A stretch of 64,000 bases of DNA, from contig JAQGDQ010000132.1 of the NCBI GenBank assembly GCA_030141605.1, positions 124,001 through 188,000 on the forward strand, written 5' to 3'. Source of the DNA: Tubiluchus corallicola (taxonomy: Eukaryota; Animalia; Priapulida). Position 1 is the stretch's first letter; every line of letters begins with the position of its first letter. The notes below the pieces were generated by a model, which saw only the letters and a list, made by a program, of their open reading frames with translations, was not told where the DNA came from and made no database searches. A program made the translations under genes and the position numbers. Shown here piece after piece: positions 1-34,300 of the stretch.

Positions 1-1160
1 TTTTAAAGTGATTGCAAGGAAACTTGACTTGATGCAGAGTAGCTGACTATCCTCGCACCTTGCAAATTACTTGTGCATGTATTTACTGCCAAACATTCCT
101 AGCATGTATGAAAATGTCAGTTTGTATTGTTTTTGGTGCCAAAGAAGTGTTAATATTAGAGGATTTCTCATGCAATTTTTTGGATTTTAACTTTCCTGTC
201 TGAATTGATATATTTCTTGAAAACTTAATAAATGATCACTGCAGTTCCCCGATATTCTTTAAGGATTTGCAGATTTACCTGTCTGTAGTAGCCAAAAATT
301 CTGGGTGGCACCGGTAACCAGTTCTTTTCACCAAAAACATTTTTGGTTATACTAGGTAGTATTTTCAGTATGTGAGTATCTGCAACTTCTAATAACATGA
401 CATTACTGTATAACAGCCATATAAACAGTGTATTTACATATACACAACACTTCATGGTTTAAAGTGTTTAGTATAACTTGCTTGGCATTTAAAGAATTTG
501 AAATACTGATTTGTGATGTAGTAATACATTAAATATGTAAAAATGTTGTGCACTTAGATGTATCGTTATTTTTTATCTACTTCCACTGTTTATTTTAGTG
601 TTAAATTTCATTTATTATATTCACTCCATCTTGTGCTAACTGTAAAGTTATTAAATGAAAAGTCTTACAGTTTTTTGGACTGGAATTTAGTTTTAGCTAC
701 CTCCCAATCTTGGTTAGTGTGAACATTATATAGATTATGCAATTTTTCCATCAGGGTTCGAACAAAAATCCTTTACTGGCTCTGTAGTTCTTTGTGCAAA
801 CCATTTTCATCTTTTACTTGACACTTACAATTAAACAGGAGATAAAGAACGGTAGCTTAAACTGGCTAAATTCTCCCAAAAAATATTTTCACCTGCAACA
901 GAAATTAAAATGCCGCAATTTAAAATGGCATTGTCAGTTACAATTAGTGTTCCAAAACAGGACAAACTTTGTAAATTCAAATTGTGATTTATAGATTTGA
1001 GTCTTCAGCTGAATTTGGGTATCTATAATTATTTTGTTTTGACCAATAGCACCGATTTTGTTGCTGGTTTTCGTACAAGTAACGTTTTGAGTTTTGTATT
1101 TCACTCTGTAACTTGTGAAGTGTATGGCAACTTTCTATTCTTAATGCAATAAAATATATT
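1..1160 (+). other. Probable 3' UTR end of a convergent plus-strand gene outside the window
   Basis: T-rich, ORF-free sequence ending in AATAAA at ~1148; compositional inference only. Confidence 0.35.
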
Positions 1161-1261
1161 TCTTAAGACTCAAGACAAAAATGTGTTTTGATTACACAAA
1201 GTGTATGGCAAACATCTGGGAACGTCTGGGAAACAGGCATGTCAAGAACTGTAAAAGTAGA

Positions 1262-1662
1262 CTTGGGTCGACTTTGCGACGCAACGCAACTGAGAGCAAC
1301 TGAAGATTCGGCAACCGGCGGCATATGATACGCCGCTAGTTTCAAGTATGTCCAGTCAATATAAGCAAGCTTAAAATGCAACGCAACTCAGTTCCAGCAA
1401 GTTGCTCATATTCTACTCGCAGCATATGCTATCCACCCAGTTTTAACCTGAGCATTGTTCAACAGTGACCGTGGGTTTGGTTACATGGTTTCATCAGAGA
1501 TTTTTTTCCTTCGCATATGCTTGTTCATCGTCGACCTGTTGTAACTCGCAGGAACTTGTGTCTTCCTAGTTGCTGGAAATCAGTCGCAGTCGACCTGAGC
1601 AGTATCTATGACAGTTTCCTGTCAGTTGAGACGAGTTGTGTTGCAGCGCAGGTTGATCCAAG
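1262..1662. mobile_element. Degenerate MITE/foldback element
   Basis: Left end cttgggtcgactttgcgacgcaacgcaactga is an imperfect inverted repeat of right end tcagttgagacgagttgtgttgcagcgcaggttgatccaag; internal gcaac/gttgc subrepeats. Confidence 0.5.
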
Positions 1663-2147
1663 CTTGGCTTAAGAAAACGTGCATGTATCAATAAAAATAC
1701 TAAATGCAGTCAAGTAAGTAAAATGGTCAAATCACCACTCCAAATATATTTAATTCCCCTGGTAGTAAATTATACAGCAGTGAACACGTACTACATTACA
1801 GGAAGTACTACTGTTGCACCGGTTGAGCAATAAACGAAGCCAAAACACTAGTGGTTTTAACAACCTAACCAAGTACGCTTTGGTTACTTCACACACCAAA
1901 ATAGGTAGTAATTATCCGTTTATGTCGCTATTCGTCAATTGGTGCTACAGCAGTACACACACATATTAGATTGCGCAAAGCACATAACAGTAATTTTTCC
2001 CGAAGGACAGGCCATAATTATATTATTATAGACAATGAAAAGTCGTGTAATATCGAGTTGATAATGCAAGAGTAGTGCTACGGTGCTTAAAGCTCTACGT
2101 TTTAGTATAAGAAAACCTGTGGCTAATCCTGTCCACTATCTAGCCAG

Positions 2148-2263
2148 TACTAACATTTAGCGTAATCGTGTCTTATACACAGAAACTGTATTTTTGCTCC
2201 TGAAATACAGTTTCTGTGACACTATAACATGATTAGATGTACAACTTTGCTACGATGCTAGTA
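2148..2263. repeat. Long inverted repeat/hairpin
   Basis: Perfect 16-bp stem cacagaaactgtattt (2178-2193) / aaatacagtttctgtg (2203-2218), with imperfect extension on both sides. Confidence 0.75.
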
Positions 2264-5200
2264 ACATGTGATCACGTGCTGTTGCTTCAACACTGTAGTA
2301 GCCATTGGCCGAACCACTACAGTGCTGCTAAAACACAGTCTACAGATTTGCCTAGGTTTTAAGCTGTCAGTAAACCCTAGTAGTAATTATCGATATTGAT
2401 AAATGGCAATGGTAACGTATACAAGGTACAATAATGTATATACACGTCTGCATTTATGATCAATAAAAACATTTCATAATTTGGGCAAGATGCATCGAGG
2501 CAAGCAGTATACACATACTATCAAATCAAAAATTAAAAAAGTAATAGAAACTCGTTTTTCAGTTCATTGTTTTGTATGTTTGTTCGTAATAATTAATCAC
2601 TACAGCATCTTGTAAAGCATAAAAAAATCTAGAAAACAAGTTCATGGCATACGCAACATAGCCGGAAGGTTTAAATTTGACGGGAACTAAAAAGATTGCA
2701 TGAGCGCATAAGATAAAACATGTTATATTAAAACTGAACAAAATAAAATAAAATTAATTATTTTAAGTTTAATGAGGCCACAATGCGTATCTAGACTACG
2801 AAAATAAAATATACAACTTTTAATCTCGAATATCTCATAATCATCATGTACATTACAATAATTATAATAATATGCATATATACGAGTTGCTTCATGATTT
2901 TTCGTCTTGATTTGGGTATGGCTTCATGATTTGTTACTTGACACCGAATGCTTCCAAAAATTACAAAGCTAGCATCCCAAATCATGAGGTGTGTAAATAA
3001 ACTAAAGCTGAATTGGTTTTCATGTACGTGCGGTAATAACATGCAAAGCTTGCATAATCAACCATCGTGTAATACAAGATCAAATACCTTTGACAGCAAT
3101 AATAACACCCAACTAACTATTAGATTGCCTTCAAAGTGCTATTCTGATAAAATATGAGAAAGTGGCAGTGAATACAATACCCTGTAAACCCACAAGCACA
3201 ATTAGTTACTACCCGAACGAAATTACGATGAATACCTTACTAAGAGGTGGGACAGATTGTGAATATAAACATCTTAAAAACCTAACAAATTCACCATTAA
3301 CAGGAACTCGACGTACAAATGTGTAGTAAAAAACATATAAAAAGTTAAAAATGAAATGCTAAAAAATCTGAAGCATTAGGCCTATGCTAGACTTAATTAT
3401 AGATTAAATTTGAAGATGTACAGATGTCAGACAGCTATCAATGCAAGGTTCTACTAGTTTCTCAGTCAAATTATTGACAAGGTTTTCCAAAACATTCTTT
3501 TGAATTGGCAATGTTGTGAAGTTCCCCCACTTTAAACCTTTGGCAACTACAAGTTTGTACCATGAAAGTTGTAAACAAACTTATGTAGAAAAAAGCTAGC
3601 TTTATACATGCTATTGCAAAGTTTATTAAGAAATTGAGGAGTAGAGCACATAACCTACCTAATAGCACAGTGCAGTCAGGTGGTACAAAAAGTTAATGTA
3701 AAACTTAATACTGATGTTATGTGTTGACAACAGTGACGGCAATGACAGCAATAAAGGACAACCGATAAAGGTGATTCATGTTCAAATCAGTGTCAGTGTT
3801 ACAAATGAAACACCTTACTGCTTTTCTGCATAGATTTTAAACACTTGTAATCTCTCGACATCGTACGAAACGCAAATCACAAGAATTCATCGTGGTAATG
3901 ACAAAATAACATTATTATACACATGTATGAGGATGGTAGTGATGGCAAATATAGTCAACTTGAGCAAAAACAAGAATAAATTGGTAAATGAGCGATGATG
4001 TGGTAACAAAGGAACCGAGTTGTGAAAAAATGTAATCCCACTCGAGCCATTAACCGAATGGCAAATATCTGGCAGTGTAGAATAGGACAAACACGTTCAG
4101 TTGCAAACATTTAAATAGTGTGAAAGAATGAGCTACAGGATGAGCTTAACATGTTTATATAATTATAAGATAATGTTGCAGTTTCCAGATGATACCGAGT
4201 CATGAAAACGCAATAAAAAATGAGTAACATAAAAATAAAGAAAACGTCTTAGAGGATTTAGGACCATAGTGTTGTCACTAAGATCAAAGGCACGATGTTA
4301 AAAAACTAATGCATTTAAAGGAAGAGCAAAAGTATGGCCTTTGACGGCAAAACAATTAAACCTGAGAGAATTATTCACACCACAAAGTCAAGCCATTAGG
4401 TCAAGAAATGTGCTCTACTCCTTATAAGGCAAGATCCAGGTAGACGTATAAGTAGAAAAGATTGTGAGGTAGGTAGAAGTTGGCCCACTCTTTCAAAATC
4501 CTGAAAATGTTAGAAAAATAACGTAAATTCTTTTACAAATAGAAAGAAACCAATAGGAAAGTGGAAGACTACAAGTCACCAGAAAATCTAAATACTAAAA
4601 CAATATTCAAATTTCCCCCTGCTGCTATCATCAAAACTAGAAGAGAGACAATTATGTGCGCTTGCATAGCAAAATCATCCGTAACTCGGCAATTAAGTTT
4701 TTCTAGTTATTCACGTATCCTGAATCTCCATTTCAATAGGATCATTTGGATATCAAACTTATTGCTCTATGTTATTTCTAAGCTGAGATAATCCTCGTTG
4801 AAGCTGAGGTGCGGGCTATGCATTGAAAAACGTAATATTGAGAAAATCGCTGTTAAAGTTAGCCATCGTTTTTTTGTCATGCTTCTACAAAACGCTTAGC
4901 AAACGTACAAATGTTGGTTCCTTTGCAAGAACACGTTGAAGTTGTGTTTAAATCTTATAGATGGCTTTTCCTGATGAAGAACTGAGCTTAGCAACAGCAA
5001 AATGACTGGTTCCATGAGCTAATAATGGAGTTTGAAAATACGAGTTTTTGACAATTGCAGTGCTAGTTTCTAGCCAGAGACGAGTGTATGTGGTTAAAAA
5101 TTAAATTTTTAGTATTTGTTTAACATTTATTAGATAATTTGATGCTAGAATATAAAACAAAAAAATTGACATTTGACCAAATTTTTGGAACATCCTACTT

Positions 5201-6847
5201 TGAACATCATAACGCAGTTTTAACTATGCCAACTTAAGGATGGTTTTGGTTTGCAGGCACACATATATCTGATTAATGACAGGTCCTACTCAAATGCATT
5301 GCTTATACGAGTCTTAACTAGAAATGTCTTAGTCAATCTTCTCAATTGTCCAAAATATCGACTTTATGTTGATAATCACCGCAGTAACTTGACACAGTTA
5401 AACAGGATTAAACAAGTAAAAGCGTATCTGGTTAGCATTTACATGTACAAGAGATTAAAAAACTTCCCCCAGACAAAAATACACATTGGTCCCAGGTCCA
5501 TTGTATGTTGAGTGAATTAAAACTAGTCTGCAGCTTAAGTGATACAAGTATGAACATAGAATGCGAAATGTGAAGTACAATTACAGGTACACAACTCAAA
5601 AACACAAAAGCAGAATCTGTGTGGAACGGACACGAAAGTTGCAATGAATGAAAAATATAAAATATCCGGAAAACTGCATGTGATACAATACTCAATTGCA
5701 AAACAATTGATGAAGAAAGATTTCTCAAACTGTCAAAAACAATGGCAAACAGCAGCGTAATGAAAGATGACGTGGAGCGTCAGTCATTAGTTTGAGTATT
5801 TTACAATGATTTATATATTAAGTTGTCTTTGAACAGAGCACAGACACAACCACTGATGAGTTTAAACATGAAAAAGAAATTACCGCACAAATAACTAGCC
5901 CTATTACATATATATGGGTATGTTACGCTAGTACGTTTTTACATAAAAATAGCAAGTGGAGCTGTGTTCCACAGAGCCACGGTAAGCAAACACAATACTA
6001 GGCAAGTAACGAAAAAGTATTAGTCACTGATGTTCCTTTACCATGGCAACCATTTTAATTATACTCAAGTTTGAGTTGAAACATTGGAAAGTCAAAAGCT
6101 GTTCTAATAAAGTTCAACATTCTACTAAAACAAGCCAAAATGTTGGGCCTGTTCCTGTATGATGCAGTCTACGTATAGATATGGTCCACGAGCTCCTAGC
6201 AGGTCAGTAATAACACACACAGACTTAAACAGCCGTCGATACAGCAACAACATGTCGGCAGTGTTTCCATGATAACGGTGAAGAAAGAAACATAACAATG
6301 ATGATTGTGCGGAAACTTGTCTGAGAAAGGCCTGGAATTATAAATTGTAACCAGTTAGTCATATTGCAAATTTTAAGTAGTTTTGATAAGGACATGACGA
6401 TAAGCAATTCAACTGTATATGCAGTTTCACATAAAGTGAGTGAACACTAATAAAGTTTGCAAAAAGCTGCGTCTAAATATAACACATCAACTATTAATTA
6501 TCATACAGCTGACAACACTAATGTATGACAAACTTCGTGGCAAAATCAAACTATAAATTTCTGCTCAGTTCTACAAAAATTAACATTTTAATCCAAAAGT
6601 ATTTAAAGATCTGCACTTTATATGTAAATGCATGTAAAAACTTTAAATACAGCAGGCCTTATAGAACTTTTGCATTCTTTTTAGTAGATGGCACAGGCAT
6701 CCTGTTCATGTTAACCAGGTACAAGTTCTGTAAGGTTGCAAGTTTGGTGATGTCATCTGCCACACTTTTTACCGCTACAGAAAAGAGAAATACTGAAGCT
6801 TAAATAAAAATGGTGAGAAAAGACAGAGCAAGTTATTTTTACCTTAT

Positions 6848-30648
<23,801 letters not shown>

Positions 30649-31350
30649 TATTCCGTTACTTCTCTTTCGATTTAAAGCAGGGAAACTTCAAAGTGCGCTT
30701 GCACTCTTTCTCAAAGATCGAGTTATCCACAAAGTTTGTACACCCGCTTTTTCCGAAAACGTTTATCGAGCAACATTTGTAAGTCATTAGCTTATTTTAT
30801 GTCTCATTTGAATTCGTTTCATTCTCAATATTTGTTTGTGTCGGTCGCGAGCGGAAAAGAAATGTTTGTGTTCAAAAACTTGTTAAACGTGAGACGAATT
30901 CTTGTTCACCAGACTGGGGCTGTTGAAGCGAAGGAATTTCCTGGCATATGTTGCTCCTTAGCGAGTATAATATACAAGATCTCATGCTGTACATCATATG
31001 CCGTTGGTTTTGGAAACTAAGAAGAGGTAATAAGGAAACTAAGCGTGAGGTAGAACCAGTATAGATGAGGTACTGAGGTTCAACATGAGGTAGAATTGGT
31101 AGCCGGTGGTCAATTGCTTGCCTCACATCCACCAGATCTCAGCCGGCATCTCAGAAAATCGTCCAAAGCACTTAACGGTAATATCAATAGATGTCTATCA
31201 ACACAGCCAGTCTGTATATACAGCACGTGAAACACTGTATGGCGAGAATAAGTCGACAAACACATATAACGCTGCACACAGAGTTATTTAAAATAAGCAC
31301 CGCGCTTAAATTCCACAACCGTATTCGTACGAGAAGAGTGCAAGATCCAT

Positions 31351-31394
31351 AGTTCACTCAGGTCATCGGTTGGTCAACAGACGTAATATTTATA
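31351..31394 (-). promoter_or_regulatory. Candidate core promoter of the proximal E78 isoform: TATA box plus three nuclear receptor half-sites
   Basis: TATAAATA on the minus strand at 31394-31387; plus-strand AGTTCA-ctc-AGGTCA-tcggt-TGGTCA at 31351-31376. Confidence 0.45.
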
Positions 31395-34300
31395 GCCGGG
31401 CTGCAGGAGCAATGCATGCTGCACGGTGGTCAAAACGCCTCCTCTGCACAGTGGAGAATCAGACAGTCACATCGGGGGATTCCCGTGCATGGGAGCGAAA
31501 CTGGGAGTGGTTTGGTGCCTTTTTTATGAACAGCGGGTTAAAAATAACACTAGTTACACGTACATACAGCGTGAAAAAAACTAGCAAGCCAGCGGAAGCA
31601 AGAGTACAGCAAACGTTTCCGCAGTGCGGTGTGGCGGCGTGGAAGGCGATGTGTCTTCTCCTGCTACATGCTTCACTCAGTTCTCTTAACCGCTCTCCCT
31701 CGCTAGAGGAAAAAAAACGCCAACTTCATTAATACCGCAGCTGCTCAGGGTGAAGCCATTTCAGAGCGGGGAGTTAAGGGCTGAAAATCGATGGAGATGA
31801 AGCCACGCTGCAGCAAGCGAACAATTGAACAGTGATAACTTCACATGGTGAAGGCTGTGTGCTGCGGGTAGAAAAATGAAATGGAAGGAGTCATTATGCA
31901 TGGGGGGAGGAAGCAAATGTACAACGTATGTCAAGAAACTGCAATAAAAGATCAAATTTAGCGTTTCACTCAACAGTCTAGGTATTAACTCATGATATCA
32001 ACTGAGTGACAACTAATTTTCTTATTCAATTATTGATAATATTATTTAAAAGTTTAATTAAATTAATCAAGCAGCAAATACCTGCTGTTTTCTAATTTGT
32101 TTTCCTTTTTTCAAACAATTTTTTTATTCAATTATTGATAATATTAGTTAACTGTTTAGTTAACAGCAAATACCGCTGATTAGTTTTCTTTTTTCATTTG
32201 TGCACGTCTTCGTTCGTTTGTGCATTTTATTTATTACCAGTTCTTCAGTTCAAGCGAGTTTATTTCTGTTTCTCCAGAACAATTTTAGTACCGAATGAGT
32301 TTCACTTTCGAATCTGGATTTCCAAATCAGGGTTTCTTGCCTACGTTAAAACTGAAGAAAGGAGCTGAACCAATCAGCGTTCAGTGGGTTTAGTTAGATT
32401 TACCACACAGGCATTAACCGATTGACAGCTTTCTTGATAACTAAGGGCTGGTCCATGGCGGGAGCGTAGCAGAATCGACTATTTTGTATTTTATTTCTTT
32501 TATCAATTAATAATTTTATTAGCTGTTTACTTTAGTTTAATGTTTATCTGTCTGTCTGCCTATCTATCTCCATCCGTCTGTCCGTCCTTCCCTCCCTCCC
32601 TCCATCTATTATTTAGAAACACTGACAGACGAGAAAGAAAGGGAGGCAGAGAGAGAGAGAGGGAAAGAGATGGAGAGAGAGAGAGAGAGAATAAAAAAAA
32701 CTAAGGGACGTTTTTGGCAATTCTCAGCTCCCCTGCCACTAAAATAAGAAGCGACACACAAATCAATAACCCCTGATCGAGCTACTTACTATATTGCAAT
32801 AAAAAATTTACTTCTTGTGCACGTAACATACTAGCCATCTAACGCAGGTATCTAGGCCTGCCAGTTCAATCTTAAAGTTGTTGCTAAGCAACGCATCACG
32901 ATTCGAGGAGCCGCTTGCATAACAATTAGCAGGTTATTAATTAGCGGCACTTATGAAGCAGGTATTCCTATAATTAGAATGGCTGCGTTATTCTCTGCTG
33001 CGTGCAATTCAATTTTGACTGCAGCATTAAGAGGTACTCCAGCTGGCACTGCTGATGATGATTTTGCAGAAAATGACTGGTCCAGCATTCAATGACAGGG
33101 TGTATCAAAATCACAAGGTTGCGACGGCAGTAACATAGCTGATTATCAAGGCAAATCCTCTAAGATGAGGTACCGAACAGATACCTGATGATAACGACGA
33201 CGATGGTGGTGGTAGTGATGATGAAATGATGATGATGACGACCAATCAGTTCCGATGTGTAACTCACAATTCGCAGAAATAAATCTTCGCTGATTGTGTA
33301 ACGCGTTAATCAACGCAGAAAGTGGCAAAAATTCATAATGGTTAGCAAATGCTATTGGTAACAGTTAGCTATTTTTAACCAGGTAATGGCGAGATAATGT
33401 AGTTTGCAATATTAACGCCACAGAAGCCATTGGGTGATGCGATAATCCGCTTATCCAAAATTGCTGAAACCCGAGGATGAACTACGTCCAACACGCATCA
33501 TTAATGTGGGTCTATGGTAACGACAGCGATAATGATTTAACTTGATGAAAACTATTTACTTTGCATGGATTCGGTTTTCATAGTTTCTTTTCCGAAGTAA
33601 TTGCTCTTGGCTCAGTTAAGTTGTCTATAGGCACTTCCGTATTGTTATGGATTTTAGGACCTATTACAGATCCACCAGATCCAGGTTAAGTTCGTGAAAG
33701 ACGAGCACAGTAATTAAAAAAAGTACGAAGTGTAATGCATTTTCCTTGGTTAAATCCGACAATCGTATTGCCCTTGATGACTTACAGATATTAGAGAGGT
33801 AGACACTAGAAACAATATCATTTTAACGTTTAAATGACATCTGACTCAATTTACTACATTTTTGCAACATAATGTTCCACTTCTAGGCCCCATCAAGCTG
33901 AAAAACACCACTTATATTTTCCCTTTCCTACATTAGTTAATTTTATGGTTGAAATGATAATAAAGCAGCGTCTTCAGCACGTGGCAGCAATAGTGCGAGA
34001 AAACTAATCACGTCCGCTGCTAGATGGCGCCAAGCGAAGCAGCCACTACGAAACAGTTTACTTTCGCATAAGCCACTAAAAAGTTGCGATATAATAGCTT
34101 ATATTTTATGTAAATACGGGTATATTACAGGGCCTGTAAGGATGCTTTAAAGCACCCATGGTCTTGGCGTCGCCCTCACAGTTATCTCATTATTGAAGCT
34201 GTTATAGGAAAATTGCCACGAATAACGCACAAGCGCTTTTTCATCGATTATTTTTTCTGGGATGCACCGGGAAAGAGGAGAAATTTTTACAGTGAGTCAT

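Noticed and set aside
31046-31125. A let-7 miRNA gene
   Set aside because: Only the seed and short patches match mature let-7, and there is no ~60-70-nt precursor with a full 22-nt arm. Target-site interpretation preferred.
33146-33328. His-rich ORF with a CAG|gtatct donor
   Set aside because: Derived from a degenerate (GAT/GGT)n repeat, and phase 0 does not fit the DBD exon.
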